From Leucoraja erinacea (taxonomy: Eukaryota), in assembly GCF_028641065.1 (NCBI RefSeq), contig NC_073405.1, positions 20,460,001-20,524,000 on the forward strand: a stretch of DNA of 64,000 nucleotides, given 5' to 3'. A model generated the notes under the pieces. It made no database searches. It was not told the origin of the DNA and saw only the letters and a list, made by a program, of their open reading frames with translations. Of this stretch, positions 46,701 to 56,846 are shown one piece after another (within the stretch, counting starts at the first letter, position 1; each line of letters starts with the position of its first letter). A program made the position numbers and the translations under genes.

Positions 46701-48876
46701 CTAATGAAGAACTCAACCATATTATGGTCACTCTTGCCCAAGGGGCCACGCACAACAAGACTGCTAACTAACTAACCCGTCCTCATTACTCAATACCCAG
46801 TCTAGAATAGCCTGCTCTCTCGTTGGTTCCTCTACATGTTGGTTTAGAAAACTATCCCGCATACATTCCAAGAAATCCTCTTCCTCAGCACCCTTGCCAA
46901 TTTGATTCACCCAATCTATATGTAGATTGAAGTCACCCATTATAACTGTTTTACCTTTGTTGCACGCATTTCTAATTTCCTGTTTGATGCCATCCCCAAC
47001 TCCACTACTACTGTTAGGTGGCCTGTACACAACTCCCACTAACGTTTTCTGCCCCTTAGTGTTTTGCAGCTCTACCCATATCGATTCCACATCCTCAAAG
47101 CTAATGTCCTTCCTTTCTATTGCGTTAATCTGCTCTCTAACCAGCAACGCTACCCCACCTCCTTTCCCTTTCTGTCTATCCCTCCTGAATATTGAATATC
47201 CCTGGATTTTCAGCTCCCAGCCTTGGTCACCCTGGAGCCATGTCTCCGTGATCCCAACTATATCATAGTCAATATTTGCTGGAAGTTGAAGCATTAACAG
47301 GAGATTAGGGTTTAGGGAATAAATAAAATGACACAATTACATTGTGCAGTTTTGAAGCTCAAATGGCGTCAAAGAGTTCCACAGGCAATTTAAACATTTT
47401 CTAGTTTTGAAGAGAGGTCTCTGACATTACATTAATTGTGCCCAACTGTTGAAGTGACCAAGAAAGCACTTTAACGATGTTAGACGTGGCCATTATCAAT
47501 TTTTCAAAACAGCATCCTATCCACCAAGTAAAAAATATTGAATCAATTCTGAACAAGAGAGGCAATACAATTACAGACACCGGAAACTTAGCAGAGATGT
47601 GACCTATTAATGTACCCTTGCATTTAATAGGTGTATCTTCTAATCCATTAAACAGCACGCCATGGAATTGCACACCTTACCCCTCCATATCTCTATGTTT
47701 CCGTCTCTCCTGTTTCTCAGTCTGAAGATGGGTCTCTACCCGAAACCTAAACCATTCCTTCTCTCCAGAGATGCTGCCTGTCCCGCTGATTCACACCAGC
47801 ATTTGTGTCTATCTGCAGTTCCTACTAGTCATTATGCTTTGATTATGAGCTGCAAGGCAATCTGCAGAAGGCTGATGTCCACCAGTATAATGTAGTCCAA
47901 AGGCTTACACTCTTTTTCCTGACCTAAATACTTAAGAGCATTGTTTTGGTTACCATAATATATCTCTACAGAGAAATACATACACATATATATCTCCATC
48001 AACATCTCCTGCTGCGATAATATCTCGTGCTGGGTGGAAAGCAATCGTATTTACAATGGCACTGAAGGTGATATCTTCTGGGGTTTCTCGTATACGGGGC
48101 TCTTTTGTTTCCTCAATTTCAGAATCATCCTGTTGAAATGAATATTTAAATATGAGGATAGTTTCTGCAGGATACATTGCTCCAAATCCAGATAGCCTGC
48201 AACAATCCCGAAAGCACAAGACAAGGAGTCTGAAAAAAGTCTCGACTCAAAACGCCACATATTCCTTTTCTCCGGAGATGCTACCTGGCCCGCTAAATTA
48301 CTCCAGCATATTGTGTCGATCTTCAGTGTAAACCAGCATTGCAGTTCCCTCCAACACAAGACAACTACCAAATCGGGAGGAGAGCCTCTTCACACAGCCG
48401 AAGAACGGTGGGAGCGGGAAGGAGAGGACTGGGTAGGGGTAGGGGGAGGGGGGGGTTGAAGAGATAGACACAAAATGCTGGAGTAACTCAGCGGGACAGG
48501 CAGCATCTCTAAATAGAAGGAATGGGTGACGTTTCGGGCCTAAACCCTTCTTCAGACCTGGCCGGGGGCGAGGGGAAGCAGTGGATTTGCCGAGCGGGGA
48601 AGGAGAGGATTGACCGGGAGTAGGGGGGAGAGGGGAAGGGGGAGAGGATCGGATCGGATGGGACAGTTCAGGCGAGGGGAGATAGCAGCCGAGACGCCGG
48701 AGATGGATCATGGAGCAAGGGGCGTTGGGATAGGTGCAGGCGGCAGGCAGGCAGTCCGTTCTCCCCTTTCCCACAATAACCCAGCTCTCCGCGTTCATTT
48801 TCCCTTCCCGCTCGAACCCGATCCCAGGACGGGCTCCACGACCACGACCACGACCGCTCACCGTGGGCAGCGCCAT
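37400..48876 (-). CDS. WDR55: WD repeat-containing protein 55, spliced CDS (8 exons, 374 aa)
   Basis: join(48862-48876,47984-48129,43913-44013,42968-43055,40849-41028,39336-39435,38279-38448,37400-37724) = 1125 nt, phase-consistent. [39 protein letters not shown] and FFADL match recalled WDR55. Confidence 0.92.
38279..38448 (-). CDS. WDR55: WDR55 exon 7
   Basis: [29 protein letters not shown]...TASMDGVI. Confidence 0.9.
38916..39200 (+). mobile_element. V-SINE-like element
   Basis: GGGCGGCAC head, GGTTCAATCC B box, TATGGAGTTTGTACATTCTCCC core. Confidence 0.7.
39336..39435 (-). CDS. WDR55: WDR55 exon 6
   Basis: [33 protein letters not shown]. Confidence 0.9.
40060..40702 (+). mobile_element. 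Degenerate Penelope-like fragment
   Basis: [15 protein letters not shown]...[14 protein letters not shown]. Confidence 0.75.
40849..41028 (-). CDS. WDR55: WDR55 exon 5
   Basis: [29 protein letters not shown]...LLTT. Confidence 0.9.
41790..42420 (+). mobile_element. Old CR1-like 3' fragment
   Basis: PQLEYSV and [16 protein letters not shown]. Confidence 0.65.
42968..43055 (-). CDS. WDR55: WDR55 exon 4
   Basis: [28 protein letters not shown]. Confidence 0.9.
43913..44013 (-). CDS. WDR55: WDR55 exon 3
   Basis: [33 protein letters not shown]. Confidence 0.9.
44453..47270 (-). mobile_element. Long 5'-truncated CR1-like LINE (APE endonuclease + RT, disrupted) in WDR55 intron 2
   Basis: [61 protein letters not shown] across consecutive ORFs. 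Confidence 0.95.
47984..48129 (-). CDS. WDR55: WDR55 exon 2
   Basis: [20 protein letters not shown]...GDVDGDIY. Confidence 0.9.
48525..48558 (-). ncRNA. Minimal type I hammerhead ribozyme motif in WDR55 intron 1
   Basis: GGT CTGAAGA A GGGTT TA GGCCC GAAAC GTC ACC; 3-bp stem I GGT/ACC. Confidence 0.62.
48862..48876 (-). CDS. WDR55: WDR55 exon 1 coding part (MALPT)
   Basis: CCAAC ATG GCG CTG CCC ACG|GTGAGC; good Kozak context; phase 0 fits the next exon. Confidence 0.78.
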
Positions 48877-48905
48877 GTTGGCTCCCAGAATGCAGCTGCC
48901 GCGTG
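48870..48905. promoter_or_regulatory. WDR55 core promoter motifs (ZNF143/Staf-like and YY1-like)
   Basis: CTCCCAGAATGCA at 48882-48894; minus-strand CCAACATGGCG overlapping the start codon. Confidence 0.55.
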
Positions 48906-51061
48906 TTGAAGTTCATTAGCAACACGGGGGGGGCAGAGTGGGATGGGTCTGGGGTTAAGAGGTCAGTGATGAGGGCAGTTGTTGTCTCAGGGGCAGAGGG
49001 AGTGGATCAGTGATGGAGGCAGGGGGGTGGCCCATGGGGTCAATGATGAAGGCAGTGCCTAGGGGAGGGGTGGGGAGATGTAGGGGTGCGAAGAGGGTCA
49101 GGGTAGAGGGCAGAGGCAGAGGAGGGTCAATGATGAGGGCACTGCCAGAAGGAGGAGATGGTTCAGTGGCGTAGGGGAAAAGGAGGGGGCCAGTGATGGG
49201 GAAAAGGAGGGGTGGGAAGGCAGACAGTGTAATGACAGGGAAGTGCAGGGGTGCGGAGGAGACAAGGGTAATGATGGGGTAGTGTTTAGGGCAGAAGGGT
49301 GAGTGGAGTCAATGATGAGGGCAGTGATGGGGGCGGTTCAGGGGCAAAGGAGAGGTCAGTGATGAGAGCAAAGGACTTGGCAGTGAATCGGGGGAATAGC
49401 AGGGGTGAGAAGGGGGTGTCAGCAACAGGTTCTGAGGTTTTCCTGTGGAGTCAGTTGCAGGGAAATGCAGGTGGGAGCAGGGATGAAGGAGTAGGGGTCC
49501 AGTTATGAAGAAGGAGGGACTGTGATAAGGGAGCACAAAACAATCTGCTGGAGAAATTCAAGGGGTCTGACAGCACCTGTGGAGGGAAATGGACAGACAA
49601 TTTTCCAAATCGAGACCCTTCATCTGGACCAAAAGAGTAGAGGGATGATGGGTAGCATAAAGAAGAGGGGTGGGGAAAGTGTTTACATAGATTGAGTGGG
49701 TTCAGAGAGGAGTGGTGGACCAGTGGATGGATTCAGGTTGGGGGAGAGAAGAGAGGAGATAACTGAGGCTGGAACATGATTAGTGGAGGGGCAACAGATG
49801 ATGAGATCTGTTGGAAAGGAAGGTGGAATATGGGACCAAATAAAATAGGTAGGATGGCAGATTGGGGTGGAAAAAGGGAGTCGGAGGAGTGTGTGGGTGC
49901 TGGGCAAATGAAGTGGGTGGGGAAGAAACTGGATGAGAGTGGGGCAGACACCTCAAGGCATTGAAAAGATACCACCAACATTTCCTCAAAATCCTCCACA
50001 TCCACTGGCAGAATAATTGAATCAATGCCAGTGTCCCTCCAGTGCTGCCGTGCCCGACACTGACACCCTAATTACCCTCAGGCAGATCTGAGCTTTGGCT
50101 TGTGAAGATCTTACCAGGAGACAGAGAGAAAAATTCAAGGATATGTGTAAACTTTCCTTGCACAAATGCAATAGAGTTAATGGGCATGTTAGAGAATGGC
50201 TTCCAGAGAAAATTTAAGTGAGGGAATGGGACTGGTGGGATAAAACTGAGAGATGGCATAGACTTGATGGACTGAATGATCTATGTTGTAAAGCAATTTG
50301 AAAAATTCCCACTGACTCTTCGAAAACTGACCCTTCAATGGTCAAAGTGGTGCAGGATTTGCACTGGGATTGAGTCCAGGTACACAGAAGCTGAAGGTGG
50401 TGGAAAGAGCGCACTACCCAAACTACCCTCAGGTTGTCCACTCAGCCACTTTCCGCCCATCTGTGGAAGAATCTGGGAGTCCCACCGTCACCTCCGAACC
50501 CACAGATCCAGAATAGAAGCCAGTCATTGTCTATCTCAATGGCTTATCTAGAAAGAATAGAATGTTTCATGTATTATTGTCACATGTACCGAGGCACAGT
50601 AAAAAACTTATTCTGCATGTTCCTAGTCATGTCATACTATACACAAGTACAATAGGTCTTCTTCTGGAACAGCATGCAGAGAGTCGCTGTGTTCTGGCAC
50701 CATCTTGCAACCTCCAAGACTCTGAAAAGTTCGATCGTCCTAAGAAGGTATGCAATTTCTTATATTCTCACTTTAAGGTCCTGTATCCTCGGGGACTGGA
50801 TCAATGAACTGAAGAGTCAGCCTAGCCTAGCAGATGCCATCAACTCTGTCCACTTTCCTCCACAGATGCTGCCCTGACCTGTTGAGTTCTTCCAGCACTT
50901 TGTGATTTTCCCAAGACTCCAGCAGCTGCAATTTCTTATCTCTATCATCTGGTGTCTCCCCGAACTCCCAGCACTGCTGACAATGGTTCCAGAATTTTGT
51001 TGAGTCAAGTAACAGAGACCAAGGGGACTGAGGAAGTCTTAAAGCAAACTGGTGAAAGTGG

Positions 51062-51370
51062 CTACAAACGGCTCAGTGGCACAGCTGGTACAGCTGCTGC
51101 CTTACAGCACCAGAGACCCGGGTTCGATCCTGATCTCGGGTGCGGTCTGGGTGGAGCTTGCACGTTCTCCCTGTGACTGCGTGGGTTTCCACTGGATGCT
51201 CCAGTTTCTTTCCTGATCCAAAGGATTTGCGGGTCTGTAGGTTGGTTAGCATTTGTAAATTGCCCCTAGTGTGTAGTGGGATAACTAGTGTGAACAGGTA
51301 ATAAATGCTTGGCGAGGGATCAGTGGGCTGAAGGGTCTGTTTCCATGCTGTATCTCTATAACTACACTAA
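51062..51370 (+). mobile_element. V-SINE-like element
   Basis: AGTGGCACAGCTGG A box, GGTTCGATCC B box, GTGGAGCTTGCACGTTCTCCCTGTG core. Confidence 0.75.
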
Positions 51371-51859
51371 AACGATTGACCCATTGATGAGCTTTGATCT
51401 GGTTTGGGAAGCAACAAATAATTTGACTCGTTTTGGCTGTTTTTTTTCTCCACTGTAGTTGCACCTTTGCATATCCTCTCTCAATTGCACCGAGATCTCC
51501 CCTTAAGTGAGGAGTATGAGCCAGGCTTGAGGGAGTAACTGAAAATACAATCCGACCCTCATTTAACGAGAATTTGTTAAGATTCGGGTAAGGGGCGGGG
51601 GGGGGGGGGGGGGGGTCAATCCAAGTGTCACCTGAGCCAACTGTTTGGATAAAACCACTGCCCCCTTTCACCTAAAAATATCTTCCCATCAGATTTACTG
51701 ACATGTCTGCAAGGATTGGAATTTCTCCTGCCCTTTGGCCTGCCACTTGACACATTAGTAAAATAATCAGGGTGGAGTCCTAAACCTGTTAATGTATGAC
51801 AGGAATAGGTTTAATGGTCGGTCTGAACCAAATCTCTGTCATATCTTTAGTACTTTAGG

Positions 51860-52162
51860 GATTTAATGTGGACACAGGCCCTTTGGCCCACCGAGTCCGC
51901 GCTAACCAGCAATCACCTCTTAACGCTGACACTATCCTACTATCCTACTATCCTAGGGATAATTTACAATTTACAGACGCTAATCAATCTACAAGCCTGT
52001 ACATCTTTGGAGTGTGGGAGGAAACTGGAGCACCTGGAGAAATTCCACATGGTCACGGAGAATGTACAAACTCCGTACAGATGGTACCCAAGGTCAGGAT
52101 GGATCCCGGGTATCTGGCCCTGTAAGGCAGCAACTCTACCGCTGTGTCACTGTGCCGCCCCT
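51860..52162 (-). mobile_element. V-SINE-like element (inverted relative to 51062)
   Basis: Minus-strand GGGGCGGCACAGTG head and GGAGTTTGTACATTCTCCGTG core. Confidence 0.72.
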
Positions 52163-53509
52163 GTACTGGTACTGAGGTCATCACTTCTGGTCAGATTAAG
52201 AGAGTACAAAGCAAAAATGGCCCTCCGTAAGTAAGGGGAAATGAAATTGTGTAGTTTGGATAGTGTCTTAGCAAGCTTTTAGACTGATGGAGCTGCCAGC
52301 CCCTCTCCCACTTCCCTGAGGATTAGCTGTTTAAATATTAATAAGGTCTGAGAGGGATCTGTGCTTCAGAGATTGTACTCTGACCTCCCCTGTAATCAGA
52401 GTTCACTGTCGACATTGCAGAGTAGAGGGTGAAGTCCAGGTGGCCTTGACAAATGGTTGTTGCCACTGAATCCCTGAAGGACTTTGACCTTTGAACGGAG
52501 TCAACCGAACATTTGCAATCAGGCATTTGTTCGGGGACAGACACAGCCCAGAGTGAAGGGAGTACTCCAGTCATCCAGTCATCCAGTCCAGAAGTTGAAT
52601 TCTATGAAATAGAATGGAGATTGTGGATGATTTGCAGTTTCCTCTGTGCACTTATGGCTGTGAAGTTGTGAAAGTAGTTAAAGCAGAGAGAGCACAGAGT
52701 GCTGGAGTAACTTGGTGGGACTGGCAGCATCCCTGGAGAAGATGGACAGGTTACATTTCAGGCCGGGATTCTTCCTCAGACTGGTCATTTTATTCTGCGG
52801 TTGGTATTTATCCTCTTGCATACCAGGAGTGAGTTGGGTAAGTGCTTCTTTGGCTGAATTTATTGGAGGTAATGAATCTGTACTCTGCCTTTAACAGGCT
52901 GCTAATTTTATGTTTATGTTTTCGAGAACCCTTGTGAGCCTTGTGTAGGAAATAAATAGTTCACACCTAGTTTACATTGCTTCTTAATCAACTGTATTTT
53001 TAAACCTTTCCATGACCTTGCTGTGGATCTCGGCAGTTCACAATCCTCTTCCATACAATCTCCATTGCAATTACATCTTTGCAACGATGTGGTGAGAAAA
53101 ACTACACACAGTACCCACTAAATGTTGGAGTAACACAGCAGGACAGGCAGCATATCTGGAGAGAAGGAATGGGTGACATATCAGACTCCTGAAGAAGGGT
53201 CTAGACCCAAAACATCATGCATTCCTTCTATTTGGAGATGCTGCCTGTCCCGCTGAGTTACTCCGGCATTTTATGTCTATCTTCGGTGTAAACCAGCATC
53301 TGCAGTTCCTTCCACCAGAATTGTACAGTATTTTTCCATTGCTTGCTCTTATTTGCTTATATTGCTCATTTTAACATGTCGTTATCAATAACACATGGGG
53401 AGGGAGTGGAGTGGAAAGGAAGTGCAGGAAAAGAAAGTGTTTGCTATTACATTTTAGTCACCAGGCACTGTCACAAAACACTGAATATCTGCAAGTCTGA
53501 TGTTACTTT

Positions 53510-54005
53510 GAATCCCTTCATCCAAATCATTGATGAATATTGTAAATAGCTGCAGTCCCAGCACCGAGCCTTGTGGTACCCCACTAGTCACTGCCTGCCA
53601 TTCTGAAAGGGACCCATTAATCCGTACTCTTTGTTTCTGCCAACCAATTTTCTATCCATGTCAGCACTCTATCCTCAATACCATGTGCCCTCACTTTGCC
53701 CACTAATCTCCTATGTGGGACCTTATCAAATGCTTTCTGAAAGTCCAGCCAGGTACACAACATCCACTGACTCTCCCTTGTCCATTTTCCTAGTTACATC
53801 CCCAAAAAATTCCAGAAGATTAGTCAAGCATGATTTCCCCTTCGTAATTCCATGCTATCTCGGACCAATCCTGTTACTGCTATCCAAATGTGTGGCTATT
53901 TCATCTTTTATAATTGACTCCAGCATCTGCCCCACCACCAATGTCAGGCTAACTGGTCTATAATTCAGTTTTCTCTCCCGCCTTTCTTAAAAAGTGAGAT
54001 AACAT
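53510..54005 (-). mobile_element. CR1-like RT fragment
   Basis: Similar to 45400-45890 (GVPQGSVL region). Confidence 0.8.
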
Positions 54006-54394
54006 TGTTTATGGCAGTTTCACTTTTGTGCCCAAAAGGTTAGATGTAGGGATGACCTTGTGAACTTGATTAAGCGCATAATGTTAAAATACTGTACAAT
54101 TGTTTGCAATGAATAATAATGAAAATTGCATTTTCCTTGCTCATCCTTTACATTTCCTTCCTGATGAACTGCACCAAATTGAAACTTCCAACTCAACTGA
54201 TCTTTGTGACACTTTGATGATGAGCTGTCCAGAGTCCCGGAGCCACACACAGTGCCCCCAACCTATCATACGGTCCCCAATGCCAGATCACACCCGACCC
54301 AAACTACCCCTGGTCCCTGAACCCACGCCCAGCTCAACCCTGATCCTACGTCCGGTTTCTGGTGCCCCACACTAGACCCAAACTCCCACACTAC

Positions 54395-54677
54395 ACTTGG
54401 ACAGTTTACAACCCAGCTATACGAATATTGATTTCTCCAACTTCACATAACCCTTGCTTTCCCTCTCTCTCCGTCCAACTCTGGTCCCCGACTAGTTACA
54501 CTGTCCTGCTGATTAATTTCACTGTTTGTAAACACTGAACCATTCTCGTTGTCAACGTCTGCTTTGATCTGTCTGTTCACACCTTATACTTCCGTATCTC
54601 TAATTTCCCTCTCCTCTGACTCTCAGTCTGAAGAAGGCTCTCGACCGGAAACATCACTCCAGCATTTATGTCTATCC
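54395..54677 (+). mobile_element. Penelope-like 3' end with degenerate hammerhead motif
   Basis: ORF-end remnant (NIDFSNF) then CTGAAGAAGGCTCTCGACCGGAAAC. Confidence 0.65.
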
Positions 54678-54719
54678 CACACACTATGGCCAACTGCATG
54701 CCCTGTGCCCAGATCCCCC

Positions 54720-55757
54720 TGATCCCGGTCCCTTACACTGGCCCGGTCCTTTAAACTAGACTCGGTGCCCGACCCCACACTAAACCTAGTCCCCTGCACT
54801 GTGCCCGGTCCCCTGCACTAAACCAGGTCCCCACATTAGACCCGGTCCCCCACACTAAACCCAGTCCCCCACACTAAACCCAATCCCCTACACTAAACCC
54901 AATCCCCTACACTAAACCCAATCCCCTACACTAAACCCAGTCCCCCACACTAAACCCAGTCCCCCACACTAAACCCAATCCCCTACACTAAACCCGGTCC
55001 CCTACACTAAACCCGGTCCCCTACACTAAACCCAGTCCCCTACACTAAACCCAGTCCCCTACCCTAACCCCAGTCCCCTTCACTAACCCCAGTCCCCTAC
55101 ACTAAACCCGGTCCCCACACTAAACCCAGTCCCCTACACTAAACCCGGTCCCCTACACTAAACCCAGTCCCCCACACTAAACCCGGTCCCCCTACACTAA
55201 ACCCAGTCCCCCACACTAAACCCGGCACTAAACCCGGTCCCCCGCACTAAACCCAGTCCCCCGCACTAAACCCGGTCCCCCGCACTAAACCCGGTCCCCC
55301 ACACTAAACCCAGTCCCCGCACTAAACCCAGTTCCCCTACACTAAACCCGGTCCCCTACACTAAACCCAGTCCCCTACACTAAACCCGGTCCCTACACTA
55401 AACCCGGTCCCCACATTAGACCCGGTCCCCACATTAGACCCGGCCCCCACACTAAACCAGGTCCCCACATTAGACCCGGTCCCCTCCACTAAACCCAGTC
55501 CCCTACACTAAACCCGGTCCCCACACACTAACCCCGTCCCCACATTAGACCCGGCCCCCACACTAAACCAGGTCCCCCATTTAGACCCGGTCCCCTGCAC
55601 TAAACCCAGTCCCCACTACCCGGTCCCCCACACTAAACCCGGTCCCCACATTAGACCCGGTCCCCTACACTAGACCCGGTCCCCTACACTAAACCCGGTC
55701 CCCACATTACACCCGGTCCCCACATTAGACCCGGTCCCCTACACTAAACCCGGTGCC
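54720..55757. repeat. ~19-20 bp minisatellite (CACTAAACCC[G/A]GTCCCC[TA]), roughly 50 copies
   Basis: Directly visible tandem array ending ~115 bp upstream of the VMAC ATG. Confidence 0.95.
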
Positions 55758-55872
55758 CGACCGACCGGTTGGCTCCACTGCGCCCTCTCCCGGGGGCGGC
55801 GAGGCCGCTGAGCCGGCGCGTGCGCGCGGTGCCGAGAGCCGCGGCCTTGCTCCGCCGGTGGTGATGCGCAAG

Positions 55873-56846
55873 ATGTCGATGCTCAGTTCGGTGCAGATCA
55901 AAGAGGCGAACGCGCACCTGGCGGCCGTGCACCGCCGGGTGACGGAGCTGGAGCAGCGGCTGGACGCGGCCGAGCGCACGGTGCGGGAGCAGGCCGAGCG
56001 CCTGATGGGCAAAGACCGGGAACTTCAGGCCGCAGTCAGGGAGCTGGCCCAGCGTAAGGACCGGTGAGCGGGGTGGTGAGGCCAGGGTGTGAGGGGAGGG
56101 TGAGATGGGATGGTGAGGGGGCTGAGGTAAAGGTAAGGGATGAGGGGAAAGTGTGAGGGGAGACGGGAGAGGATGGTATGAGGGGACGGGGTGAGGGTAG
56201 GGGGAGAGGTGAGGGGTGTGATGAGAGGGGATGTGTGAAGGGGGAGTGTGAGGGGAGGGTGTGAGAAGTGTAGTGAATGGTGAGAAGGTTTTGAGTGTCG
56301 TTGGTGATTGGTGGTGGCAAAGGGAGTAAGAGGGGAGAGAGAGTGATGAGAGAGGCAGCCAGTGCTTGGGATTTTCTGTGGGAGTGGAGAGGTTTGGGGT
56401 AGATGGATAAGAACTGGAAAATATAGACTGAGTGGAGCTCAGTATAACAGTGGAGCTGAAGCTGATAACATTGAATCTGTTGCAGGGAGATGGTGGATGT
56501 ACAGGCGAAGCTGCAGGACTGTGAAGGGACGGTGCAGAGATTACATATGCTGATGAAGGAGAAGGATGATGTAATTGCCCAGCTGAGGCATCGCAGTCAA
56601 CTGTTGGATAAAATCACCCGTAGCCGACCCCTCCTTGACAACTTGCTGTCCTACATGGCTGAAGCTGAACACTCACACAGCGTCCGTCTTCCACAGCCCA
56701 CTTTCCCTGAACACCCAGCAGAATCCCTTCACTCAGTCACCAACGGGTTAATGAACACCAGCCCCAATGACCGGAATTTCTCTGTCAGTGAGGATGATAC
56801 TGAAGAGCTGGACCAGGATGATTCGATCTTTGGGACCACAGTTTAA
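55873..56846 (+). CDS. VMAC: Vimentin-type intermediate filament-associated coiled-coil protein (2 exons, 183 aa)
   Basis: join(55873-56063,56486-56846); [37 protein letters not shown]...FGTTV matches recalled VMAC including the C-terminal TTV; CG|GTGAGC and TTGCAG|G are phase 2; an upstream in-frame ATG exists at 55864. Confidence 0.93.

Noticed and set aside
48298-48876. 192-aa ORF beginning MALPT
   Set aside because: Only the first 5 codons are WDR55 exon 1; the rest is intron containing a Penelope-derived repeat
51062-51135. tRNA gene
   Set aside because: A/B-box-like head continues into a SINE core and tail; no full cloverleaf evident
54720-55757. CRISPR array or telomeric repeat
   Set aside because: Units are contiguous without unique spacers, the context is eukaryotic, and the unit is not TTAGGG; the CTAAACCC resemblance to plant telomeres is only partial
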